Assembly: GCA_010093745.1 (NCBI GenBank)
Contig: MU005988.1
Coordinates: 62,001 to 126,000, forward strand
Length of the DNA: 64,000 bases
Direction of reading: 5' to 3'
Source: Piedraia hortae CBS 480.64
Lineage: Eukaryota
Under the pieces are notes generated by a model. It was given only the letters and a program-made list of their open reading frames with translations. It was not told where the DNA came from and did no database searches. This document shows positions 24,737 through 35,791 of this stretch, in pieces. The first letter of the stretch is position 1. Each line of letters starts with the position of its first letter. The position numbers were made by a program, and so were the translations under genes.

Positions 24737-24781
24737 AAATTTCTCAACTAGGCAGGTACATGTGTATTCTACACGACTACA

Positions 24782-26212
24782 TTAGACACGGCGCAGATCA
24801 ACTGATACCCAGCCATTCGCTGCGGAACCGGACTTGATGGTCCACACGGGGTTCAAGTCGGCACCGCTGGGCCACGGGAAGTCTTTCGTTTTCCCGTTGG
24901 TCAAGGCCCCGGTGTCAACGAGTTTGGTCGACCCTGTGCTGACTTGCAGCTGGATAGACGCACCCGAGGATCCATAGGCAGTCATGCGCAGCTTCTCTCC
25001 CGTCTTGGGCGGGCCCCAGCTCACGCGGTCTGAGATTCCCCAACCCGTCATGACAGTATTGCCCTTGGGGAACACGACGCGCTGACCAAATGTGTCAAAA
25101 GTGCCGGCTGTTGAACCCGAGACCAGAGTCCAGGGCCCGCGCATCGACTGCAGATTCACATCGCGTCCGACTACAGGCTTGATGACCTTGTTGTCACCTG
25201 TTGTGTAGCCATCGCAGGATGTCATCGGTGCGAGGGCTCTGCGCACCTTGTTCAAGTCATCCGGCACGCCCGAAGCTACGTAGTTGTTCCAGTCCATCGC
25301 CTTGTCGGCGATTTCATAGTTGAGTCCAAGCTGGACGCCTATGGTGAAGGGCGTATTGTCGTTGCGGTCCACCACGTAAGCTCCGTACTTTTGCAGCGTC
25401 CGCGCGACCTTGCGGAGCTCCTTGGAGCGCAACTTGGTTACGTCAAAGGTCGACGGGAGCAAAAGGCGGTCGCCCTCGCGAATCTGCCCGCTCTGTGCGC
25501 CCCAGCTATCGGCAGACGTGGCTGGCCACGTGTAGACGCCGTGTCCGTCCTTGCCGGCCAGCGCATTGTCGGCAAGCGTCATGGTCAGCGCATGATAGTA
25601 CATGGGATCATCGCGTCTTGCGTACTCGGCTGCGCGGATGAGACCTGCGCCGTTCGGGCTGCCTGACGCACTGGCGCCCTGGAAGTAAAGGGCGGGATCG
25701 CCCCAGCCGGTCCCGTTTTGCCAGCCCCAGGATACTTGCTGGGCCTTCCAGTTGCTGCCGTCCTGGCGCAGCTGCCAGAACGAGTAGATGCGGCCCGAAG
25801 TCAGGTCGTGGATGGCCACTGAGCCATCAGTGCCGTTGGGAGACAGGGCATTGGAGGGAAAATGTGGCAGAGTCACCGATGGCAGCGACACTTCGGCGTC
25901 CGGATCGTTGATTCCGTTACTGTCAATTGGTAAAATCTTCTGCGAGGGATCTGATGCGCTGGTCTTGAAGACGCCGATCGAATAGTCTCCATCATCGATT
26001 GTTGGGTACCAGCCGGTCGACGTGTCTGGAATACGGTAGGAACCCAGCACCGGCTTGATGGGGACGCTGTTCCATAGAGACGAGGCAGAGAAAGGATTAT
26101 CAAAAGTGCCGTAGCTAATTGCCCTCTTCACCAGCTTATCCTCCACTGGAGCTGCCAGAGACTTGCTGGAAACGGCCAGCAACAGTAACGAACGGATCAT
26201 AACGCTGGTCAT
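24782..26212 (-). CDS. Intronless secreted protein of unknown function
   Basis: Signal peptide and LVKR Kex2-like site; 476-aa uninterrupted ORF; motifs PFSASSLWN, YSFWQ, GLIR..E, HAL, WPATSAD, LQKYGAYVVD. Confidence 0.8.
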   Translation of the reverse strand: MTSVMIRSLLLLAVSSKSLAAPVEDKLVKRAISYGTFDNPFSASSLWNSVPIKPVLGSYRIPDTSTGWYPTIDDGDYSIGVFKTSASDPSQKILPIDSNGINDPDAEVSLPSVTLPHFPSNALSPNGTDGSVAIHDLTSGRIYSFWQLRQDGSNWKAQQVSWGWQNGTGWGDPALYFQGASASGSPNGAGLIRAAEYARRDDPMYYHALTMTLADNALAGKDGHGVYTWPATSADSWGAQSGQIREGDRLLLPSTFDVTKLRSKELRKVARTLQKYGAYVVDRNDNTPFTIGVQLGLNYEIADKAMDWNNYVASGVPDDLNKVRRALAPMTSCDGYTTGDNKVIKPVVGRDVNLQSMRGPWTLVSGSTAGTFDTFGQRVVFPKGNTVMTGWGISDRVSWGPPKTGEKLRMTAYGSSGASIQLQVSTGSTKLVDTGALTNGKTKDFPWPSGADLNPVWTIKSGSAANGWVSVDLRRV

Positions 26213-27954
26213 TTCTGCTTCAGCCGTGTTGAACAGCTGCTGCTCTACAGTACTTAACGCTGCGCAAAACGCCTTCCATCACTTGGCTGACCATCACATT
26301 CTTGCTAACCACCAACCCGCAAATACGAGTTGGCGGATCATCCGGTGGACGCTGGACAAGGTTGTCCAGGCTCTTTCAAGCCACGGCTGATGGCGTTTTG
26401 CCGGCACATCTGAGGCATACCTTCGCTGGGACGTGGATGGACAAAAGAAAACGGGGCTACGCCCATGCTTACCGTCTAGTCTTCACGCCTTGCTATCTTC
26501 TTTGTTTCCCTACGAAAGGTGGTTCTCGTAAAAGCGGCGTCCAGTTCATGCGCTAACCAAAAGGGGATGACTTGCCGGAAACTCCACATCCCGCTACAAA
26601 GACAGTTGGCTGTCCAATTACCACAGAGGCGCATGGCTTTCCATACCTCGCGTGCCATAGTAATGTTGGCTGTCCAAGGTCATGGGACCTCGGATCCTTG
26701 TTTGTCAAAGAACATGCCCCTTGATGCTACCAGTGCGATGGAAGGCACTCGTTAACACAGAGACTAATAATCGAGGCTGATCCCTCTGGAAGAAATTCAC
26801 CGATACCTCGTCTGATCTGAGTAGCAAAGAAATCGCACCACGAGCCATTTTTCCGCAGCGTAAGGATCAAGCGCCCTCAACCGAAACTCTCCGCTTTCAG
26901 CCTTGGCAGTTACCGAGTTGTGAAAGCATTCTTCCTATAATAATAATAATCTTTTCATTTGATTGCGCGCAACTGATTTTTACAATGCATAATGTGCCAG
27001 AGACTACCTTGAACGAGAATATACATTTGTCCAGAACTGCTTGCTTGCCACAATAATAACTCATACCTTGTACTTGAGCCTTCTGCAAGGCTTGGAGTTC
27101 CGTCCTCCACCGACTGCGCCCTCTTGGACGGTCCTTGTTAGCACTAGGCAGTAGACTTCAGCCAAGCCACACAAAAAGCAACCTAACCAGGTTGTTTTCC
27201 GCAACGTGGGGCAGCTTCGACCGTCGGACTGGCTTACATGGTGCTACTGTTCTGGTGACAAGCTGAATTGCACCTCCCCTCATCTCCTTTGGCGGCTTGT
27301 CCTATTCCCGTCGTGTTGGCGTCTGTTAAGCCTGTTTGGGTCTGGGGCTTCGGTCGGCGCAGCATTCTCAACAGCTTGGAGTGTTGCAAGTTGCCCTCCC
27401 TTCGCCCTCCTTCAACGCCAGAGCGCTCCGATCTGCTCAGCATCTAGGTCGCGCATCCAGCTTTCTCTGAACATATGCTTGAGCATATGGCCCCGCTGGT
27501 GGAGCACCAGTTGGCGATCTATTAGCTATCGCGTCATAACACTCGTTTCGAACCTGGCGACGATACCCGCAGCCTCGTAGTTTTCTATCCCCTTGAAGCT
27601 CCACCCACAGCGGTGGAGCTAAATGGACCATAGCGCTTCCGAGAATGGAATTCACCACTTTGGCCTCAGAAGTTGCCATCATTGTGATACAAAGTCTTGA
27701 TACCGTCAGGATCTCAGTCCCACCTCCAGTCACGTGGCCTCGGCACGGCCCACTCGGCACGGCCCGTGAAAAACTACAAAACCGAGACAGTTGCCCTTTT
27801 TGGTCTTTACGCATCGTTCTAGTCTTTTAGGTAATATACAGTAGCGCACGCCGTTTAGCTCCGTCCCTTGTGTCCTCCGGCCTCTCGAGCCTGACAGATA
27901 CCGCTTAGGAACAGCGCCGCCCAAGAGTCTGGGAAGCATGTCTCGGGTAGCCTT

Positions 27955-28191
27955 TGTTCTAATAAGCAGCGGCACCAGTTAAAAGAAAACGAGCTAATAG
28001 TATATTGTATGTGCTGCATGCATAAGGACGTTGTACATGGTCATCACGTGACACATCCTTCAACTGCACCTCACAGGTGTGTCAGTATATACGCGTATCT
28101 AGAGCTACACAAGAAAATTTCCGAGTACTCGAACCCTGGTCAGGGATGTGGGTCGTCACCTGCGGATCGCTCCGTGGCGACCTGCACAACA
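27955..28191 (+). mobile_element. Solo-LTR-like element (copy 2) with 5-bp TSD GCCTT, carrying a nested insertion
   Basis: Begins TGTT, ends AACA; GCCTT at 27950-27954 and 28192-28196; matches the reverse complement of 57392-57535 once the nested insert is removed. Confidence 0.85.
27977..28065. mobile_element. 89-bp AGTT..AACT mini-element with 5-bp TSD GCACC
   Basis: GCACC at 27972-27976 and 28066-28070; the empty site has a single GCACC in copy 3; related copy at 42894-43012. Confidence 0.85.
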
Positions 28192-29145
28192 GCCTTCGCC
28201 TTTTCGATTGTCCTGGGTACCAAACTATCAGAGGCTTGTAGGTCCTCACATGCTATAGATTCCAGGGCAAGTTAAGCATCTTACGGTAGTGCCACACGAA
28301 CGGCATCCGCTTGCCCCCTCTCAGAGGCGTTCCTCCAGCTGCGTCACGTTGCAAAGGGGCAGCAGCTCAGCGGTCACACAGATTTTCAGGGTTTGACCGT
28401 CGCTGACAGAGTCTCGGTCTCGCTCTGCGTGTATGCGTTCGTTCAAAATCACAAACTTGTCTGGCCATGGACTGTTTGTTATCCACTTTGGGTCGGGCCA
28501 TCGTTCACTGTATCATGCGGCCTGTTCGTTCGTGGCATGAGACTCACACAACAGTGCCAAATTCACATTGCATCCAATGATATGTTGCATGACATGGCTC
28601 ACCTTTTCCGCGTCCTCGCTTTCTTTGGTGTTCAAGGAGAGGGTCTTCATCGCGTCGTCGCAAGATGTTCGTCTAATGTCATGTCAGGGCTTCGAAGCAC
28701 TATTCAACTGTGAGCTTTCGTCGCTGAGGTCGGGGGTGTGTCAGTCGTGGCGGGAAGAGGCGTATTGCCCACGGTATGGAGAGCTTAGGTTTTCTTGGCC
28801 CAATCGCCTTGTCAGGATACTGAACACTCGGGTACCGCTCAGTTGTGGATTTTAGCATCCTGGTCTAGGATGGCGCCCCCCACCGCGCGAAGGTACCCCA
28901 TAGGGTGGCGGGATAAGGTTTGACTAGACTTGACCATGAAGTACGTTGTCCGTGTGGCTTTATTGAGGAGAGATTCTGGGGAAGCGGGGAAACACAAGAG
29001 TGTGTGCCAAGATTTCTGGAGGCTTCTACACATAGCCAACCCCGCATCATATCCCCAGCATACCCTCAACATATGACGAAGATATGATCACCCAAAACCA
29101 TTATCATATATTGACTAAGATTCAGGCGATATGACGAACATACAC

Positions 29146-29330
29146 TGCCAATCACGCGTAAGTGATGATCACTGATGTGAGGGTTTTTATCATCGATCAC
29201 TGACTATCAGAATGCCAATCAGGAACTATTACCGTGACGATCACAATTGCGGTAAGAATCCCTTTCCTGATAGTCACTGATGATCATAGTAAACATCAGT
29301 GCTGATTGCTATGCTTATACGTGATAGACA
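29146..29330. repeat. Long imperfect palindrome (foldback/MITE-like)
   Basis: Nested inverted pairs TGCCAATCACG/CGTGATAGACA, CACTGATGT/ACATCAGTG, TGACTATCAG/CTGATAGTCA, TTACCG/CGGTAA. Confidence 0.7.
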
Positions 29331-29429
29331 CCAGTTCTACCCACCGTGAAATTTAGCGTCCAAATCCGCTTCATTGCTCTGTTGGCGCTGTTCGCGGATC
29401 CCCCGAGGTCGTATTGGAGGCCGTCACAG

Positions 29430-29990
29430 TCGCGACCGGCGTGATTACCTCCTGGCAGATCAGGTTTACAAGTCCGTCAGTGTACTCCGGGATGCGAAGG
29501 AGGTCGAAATCCATATACCATTGGCCTTCCCTGGTTTCTGGTTTCCCGAGAAGACGTGAAGTCAGGATCAAAAGGTGTGTGTAACTGTGTACGTCTCTAC
29601 GTGCTGAGAGCTAACGCAACGTCCTCCACAGACCCACAGTTGGCCAGACCACATTTGCCGAGACCACGCGATGACGTGACCTCGTCACAGGGAAAAACTC
29701 CTCTATGAGGCAGAAAACCCTGCGAAGGCTTGGGCGTTCTAACTACCACCGATCTAACCCATCTGACACATGGCTCACCGTGCTACCCGACGGGCCGATA
29801 TTCCATCGCCACGGCGGCGTGGTCGGTCCAGGATAGTATCTGTAGGATGCACCATCGAGCGCAGTTCCTGAAGACCTTCTGGGTAACGTATATCCGGTCT
29901 ATCCTGCTCGCCGACCTTATCTCGTCGTCTGCCCAGTAATTGTACTGGCTGTCAGTCGGATATACTTGTCTCCAGCCGTCGATGAGTCAT
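29430..29990 (-). pseudogene. Relic of a non-LTR retrotransposon AP-endonuclease domain (L1/Tx1-like)
   Basis: LIDGWRQVYPTDSQYNYW..SRIDRIYV..TDHAAVAME, continuing in frame to GQWYMDFDLL..PEY after removing the 29550-29785 insert and one TSD copy. Confidence 0.75.
29550..29785. mobile_element. 236-bp insertion with 5-bp TSD CCCGA
   Basis: CCCGA at 29545-29549 and 29786-29790; excision restores the endonuclease reading frame (YRPVG-KPETREG). Confidence 0.65.
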
Positions 29991-30485
29991 CTGCTCAACC
30001 TGGATCGTGCATGCAGAGTCGGGCTTGTCTGGATGTATGATTCTGGCAGATCAGTTATTAAGAATGACGCTTCCCGCCTGGATCGCGACCTTCAAAGTCT
30101 GTGAGCGGCCGATCCTTTCATCGCTTAGGAAAGCGGGCCAGAGCCGCTTTGAACAGGCGCTCAAAAGAACCGCAATATGGGAGCTCTACCTCAAGTGATA
30201 TTAGTTCGTGTAACAGTGAAATTCTGCAAGATGTGTGGTCTTGTGTGACAAGAAGATAACCCCGCCCCACCGCGGAACGTGTGCCGCATTTTTCACCATC
30301 CGATAGTAACGCACCATCTTCTCGAGGACCAAATCCCTCTATGGTGGAGCGTTCTCGGAAAGCCGGTTGGTACGTCTAAAGCCATGGCTTCTAAAGATGC
30401 TTCATATTAAACACAGTATAGCAAAATTTGTGTCAAGTCTTGGCGCCAAACCTCCTGTATATGTCCAACGCAAAACTCGGATCTC

Positions 30486-30517
30486 GCGCTACGTTTGTTT
30501 TGATACAAACGTAGCGC
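30486..30517. repeat. Perfect 13-bp stem hairpin
   Basis: GCGCTACGTTTGT-tttgat-ACAAACGTAGCGC. Confidence 0.8.
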
Positions 30518-31085
30518 AATAAATACTCACTTGGCAACTGCGACTTCTCTCGCACCATATCTGAACTGCACCGTGGCGTCAAGCTTCACGAATCTCAACA
30601 CCCGGTGTACCCTGACATACTTTTGGGCTAATATAAATTTCAAGCCCTCTCTGCACGTCTTCTCAGACAATATACCAACAACACCTTCTAGGTCCAGATA
30701 CGTGGCATGTCCAACACTATTGCTGCCATTGCTCTATGTGTAATGAACGGTCCCAAATACGCTCAGAGCGAGACAAGTACAAGTCCCGGAACAAACTAGG
30801 CCGGTGGTCAGATCAACCCCGCGGATCTTCGTGCTGTGCTGAGAGTTGTCGCCGAGAGATGCAACGTTTTACGGTGGTAGGAAGACCACAAGTCTTGTAT
30901 GCCCGTCTTGTTCGAGTTAGCGAGAGATGTTCTGACTGCCCAAGCGGCGTCAGCACCATGCGACAAGGGAGCGGTTTTGGAAGCTGGGCCTCAATCAAAC
31001 GCATAGAGTTGTCGGGAGGGTCTGGAATTTTTAACACGACAAATTTTGTCCAATTATCATGTGTATTGAACAAAGTACGGAAAGC

Positions 31086-31255
31086 TTTCACGCTCTTGCA
31101 GAAAATTCCAGGTAATGTACCAAAAAAATTTCACAGCGTTACATAGAATTTGTGTCAAAGTACATAAAACTTTCACAGCGTTACATAGAGTTCCTGTCAA
31201 ATTGCTTTAGGCTTTTCATAGCATACACGAAAGCCTCGCCAGGGTACATATAATC
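31086..31255. repeat. Degenerate ~42-bp tandem repeat, about 4 units
   Basis: TTTCACAGCGTTACATAGA at 31129 and 31171; weaker units at ~31086 and ~31214. Confidence 0.7.
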
Positions 31256-32199
31256 TAATTGAAGTACACTAAACCGTCCATTCAGTCACCTACCCCTCAT
31301 CCATCCTTCAGATTACAAGCCCACAGCACGTGTCACCCTACTGAAACATCCTCATACCTTCATGTCAGACAGGCTTGGGTCCCACCAGTCTACACAGAAG
31401 ATTTTGATCCAAACTTGATTCAAGACGATGTGCAAATTTGTTGCACGGCTTTCGATAGGATCCACCTACAACCAATCATGCAATTGTATCCTCATGCTCA
31501 GCAGAGTTGGTCTTCATCGTAAAGTTATCGCACCAGGTAGGGCAGCTTGATGAGTTTGTCCTACACTGGAGCATGTCACTTTTTGCAACAAGGTTGTTTT
31601 GCTCGCCATCTTCTAGAGCTTTTGTTCAATCATCGAACACGATTCAGGCTGCCAAGATAAAGGGACTGGCAGAGACCGTGGCTGTTAAGCTCAATCTTGA
31701 GAGGGACTAAAGGAAGTAGGAGAGGACGAGGAGAGGACCTGGACAGAGTAGTGAGGCGTTGATCCAAGATGACGTAAGATTCCCTGCGGATAAAGCTGGT
31801 GCAAGCTACATGTGCCAAGGACAGCTAGTCTGCTCAGCGCCGCAGTTTGACTGGAAACCTTCCATGGCCGGCAGAATGGATTGACCCGATGGGGTCATGG
31901 GATACGAAGTCTTGATAGGGCCTCGGCCATTGTAGAGCTCACGAGGCTCAGGCTCGACATAATCACTCAAGAAGCGCCGGCGAGATGGAGGTTAGACGAT
32001 CTCAAAACGAATGATGTAAGAGTATCTCAACTGTAAAGACCTCTCCACGATAAAAAGTGCACAATGAAGAGAGTGTTATTGGCTCAGAGAAGACATCAAC
32101 CATCATTAGCCCCATCCGTCCATCATTCTGTCAGCAGCTCCACATCCCTGCCAATAATTGGCATATCTTCGCACGAGACTGTCAGTTTTGGCCAATGAA

Positions 32200-32897
32200 C
32201 GTTAACTGAGGTCGTTCTTCCTCGCCATCATGTGGCTGAGGTAACTATGGAGCAGCGAGCTTCCCTCAGGCAGCCCTCAAATCGTCCTCTCCGTTTCGCA
32301 AGACAGATCCCGCAAGCCGAGGACGACTTCATCATCTAGGTTATTGATATCCGCGTTCATGCACACATGCAAGATGTACAAGGTCAGTAGCCTTGCCATG
32401 AAAAGCTTCTCCATAAACTTTGGCGTCCCCAAGTGTGCAGCGCCCAGTCATTTGTGCTGGCATTGGCATTCGTCGCGCAGAAATTGCCGGAAGATGTTTC
32501 TGCCAGAGATAACGCGGCCACGAGAGGTTACCTCCTCTTCGTCTCCCTCGCCGCGGAACTCGGGATTAATGATTCTAACCGTGCGGTGGCAGAATTGCAC
32601 GCAGGCTTTGGCTAGCGAGGGGTTCCATATTGCTACGTTGCACGCAAATTGCACGCTCGCTTGCAAGACTTCAGCTGCGATTGCTCCGGGTGGTTCTTGC
32701 GATAGTACCCAAACCACCGTCTGGCACATCTTTACTCCATTGTCGATCGTGAGGTTCTCAAAGGCATACACCAGTGAGTTCATTAAGTTTTCGTGCTGTT
32801 GAGTTGGCGACGCTGGGCCGGTCGCGCCGCTTTGGCCTTCAAGGCTCGAGGGGGTGGTGTCGGCATGGCCTTGGGGTGAGGAGTTGTGCTGGCTCAT
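32200..32897 (-). pseudogene. Stand-alone, divergent eIF4G-like MIF4G domain with in-frame stops
   Basis: VISGRNIFRQFLRDECQ and (after TGA) HLGTPKFMEKLFMARLLTLYILHVCM parallel the fungal eIF4G segments GGNLFRKYLLNRCQ and GLGLVQFIGELYKLGMLTERIMHECV; at least three in-frame stops. Confidence 0.6.
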
Positions 32898-35254
32898 GAT
32901 GAGTTATTTTGCTCAGGGTTGTTGGTGGAGAAGCTGGGTTGAAAATGCGCGGGGCAATGTGTGTGCTGTTGCTTACTTCCGCAGCCATCGGCAGTGTGTA
33001 TGAATGGGCTGTTTTCAAATGGTAAACAGAGTATCGTGTCGGGTCGGGTCGAGAGTTTGTACTCCAGATTTGGAAGGTGCGGTTTTTTGCAAGTGATAAA
33101 TCTTGGCCATTTTATAACAGCATCGATAGCGAAACAAACAATCTCTTGCCGGCGCTTATATCAGGTGCTACATCGACCTTTGCAGCCATGCCCAGAGCAC
33201 AGCTCAAACTTAGCTTGACATCCACGATATCTGTCCTGTCCCCCCTTTGGAATTTGAACACATTGTTACTGTGATGTAACAAGATGTTTACCCGTCGTCC
33301 TTGATTAGGCCAAAATCAGTTTGTGTGCCCTCAGGGCTTTGACAACCAACGGAGCCCGACTCATCCAACCAGGTTTCAGAGATTTCTCGAGAGCCTGGGC
33401 TCATTGGTAAACGCTTGTCTCATCAAAAACCTAAAAGGCTTGGCATCCGACAAGCTCTTGGGCAGTTCAACTGAAATGTCAAGCCTCTAATAAGTGTTGG
33501 GGCATGCGTCGACCGAAAGCACATGAGGTTTCAGAGTACGTTCAGCGGACCACTCCCGAAGAAAAAGAGCTCAGACTCTTATTCATCTCGGAGAAAGCGA
33601 ATGCTGATTGATTGATTTCCACAAGATGAATCAATTTCAAAAACAAGAGGCCAATGGACCGCGCCCTTGGCGTTCTACTGATTATGACTCCATCACACTG
33701 GACATGTCTAGGCGATAGAACATGGTAGTGGGCTTGGCCAGCGAGCTTAACGGCGTGATACGACCTGGGCGCTTATTACTTCGCTCATCATGGTTGGCGC
33801 ACCTAGCCTCTTGAGGTTCGAACAAGCGGCACTCTTCGTCACGATCCAATGTAGCGTCTGGATGCTATGCGATATGGTTCGGCGTTTCATTGATTCGTCA
33901 AATTTATACCTCCGTCTCTAGCCTTGTTGACACAGCTTAAGAAAAGCTTATGCGGCGCACGCTGAATAAGAAAGCTGTACAGTGGCGCTATACACCCGAC
34001 TGGCTTCAACAAAGGTAGCAAATGCTCGTACTTAAATCATAAAGGATTCTGCATCGGAGACGCCATCTCTCGGCTGAAGAACGAGTTTTTTCGTGAACTG
34101 CCTATTAAGGTTGGCGTCGTGTGGCTTGACATGATCGCTGGGTTGAAGTCCTTTGTAATTGCGTTGACCTTGCAGTCCCATGTCATGCATATCATTCCCA
34201 ACTCCAAGGAGATCGGCGTCTGTGGCACCATTATACCGGCCAACTGTGCTGGTGGTTTCACCGTTACTGAATAATCTCATGACTTACCAGGCCTATCTGG
34301 ACCCATTTCAGCGAGCATGTTGTCTTCTTCGTTCTGTGTGTGGTATAGTCTCCTTTCTTCTGCAGTCAGACTTATACAAGACATCCGCTTCGCCGTACGC
34401 TTGGCTCGCGAGCGCCATGTATACGTATATAGAAATCCATTGCAGTGGTTCTCATCGGACGCAGAGGTTACATTTAACCGGAGGGGAGGAATTATCGCGA
34501 AGGGTCACGTAGACACCAAAGCAACTTGAAAGATTTCAACGGGCAGATCTTTTCGACAGCTTGCAGAGTATAAACCGCACATGTTCCATGCATGGCCTCT
34601 GTGCACGTCCTAGACAACATGGCTAGCCTACGGGCATCGATTTAGCAGAATGTGCATGTATCTTCCGATACGGATGCTTGTGAAAAAGCAATCGTGCTAT
34701 TTAGATCTAGCCAATCTAGACACAACAACCGTGTTTAACGAGCGGAAGAGTCTCAGGCTAAGGTCTCGCAGCACTCTTGGAGGAAGTAGGGCTAACGTGG
34801 CCAAAGGTGATAGGAGAGGAGAATGCAGAACGAACAGAAACTTTGCAGTGTGACAGGAGCGAATGGCCTGGCGGGCTTTCGGAGCAAACGATTGGCTGTT
34901 TGTCCAATAACTACTAAGAACCAGCGCCAATCACCGACTTCTTCTAGAACAACATGGCGAATCACAGCAGAAGAATCCTGCGGCCTCAACAGATTTTCAA
35001 AGTAATCGTCGCGTGAAAGACGTGGAGAGCGACGTACAAGAAAAATTTCCCACGAAGTACGTATCTGTTTCTGCATGGCTCTGTAGGAGGAAAAGAGGGG
35101 AAAATTAGCAGGTATCTTCATTCTTGCTCCATCAGAAGCACGGCATGACTACCTTAGCGCCCACCTGGCTCTTCACCACAAGAACAAGGTTCTTCAAGTC
35201 GAAGCCATTTATCCACCGTTCCAGTACTTCTCAATATAGTGGAAGAGACGCTCA

Positions 35255-35536
35255 AGTAGTGAGCGTGGGAGATAAGTAGGTAGTGAATGGTAGAATGAGA
35301 GAACAAGTGTATGTACAAGGAAACAAACGTTGGAGATACAAAGGTGCTAGGTACAAGAGAGTAGGGAGAGATTCAGGTGCAGAAAGAGGGCGAGGTCCAG
35401 TCTCTTATGTACGGGGCCAGCCCTGTTCGGATCAGCCGAGTGATCAGTACCGTGCCTTGGTATCAGTAGATGGGGCTGAAAGCCACAGGGATAGTTTCCT
35501 GTAGTTGTCGACATGGGAGTCCCAGTGCTCACAACA
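35255..35536 (-). mobile_element. Possible solo LTR of a different family
   Basis: Minus strand starts TGTTGTGAGC; the other end GTAGTGAGC is an imperfect inverted match; TATA-like TACATAAG followed by a pyrimidine tract; no clean TSD. Confidence 0.35.
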
Positions 35537-35791
35537 GTACTGCATACCCATATATGTACCGTTCCACTTCTGGCACTACTGTTTCGTGGACTATTGATTA
35601 GATGATGTATAGATGATGGTCAAAACCCGCTTACCCAAGTTATTGACTCTTCCGGGCGAAACGTTTGTATCGCTTGAAACAAAGGCTTCTGGAGCAATGG
35701 CACACATGAAAGCGGGAAGCAAGATCTTGCGCAAGGCCTTTGAAGCGCACAATGGCTTTTATGTCCAAGTTTGTCCATTACCGGTTGTTTC

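Noticed and set aside
34792..35121. BTB-like fragment (FLVRRS..DYFENLL..VVLEE)
   Set aside because: Similarity is too short and degraded to call as a feature.
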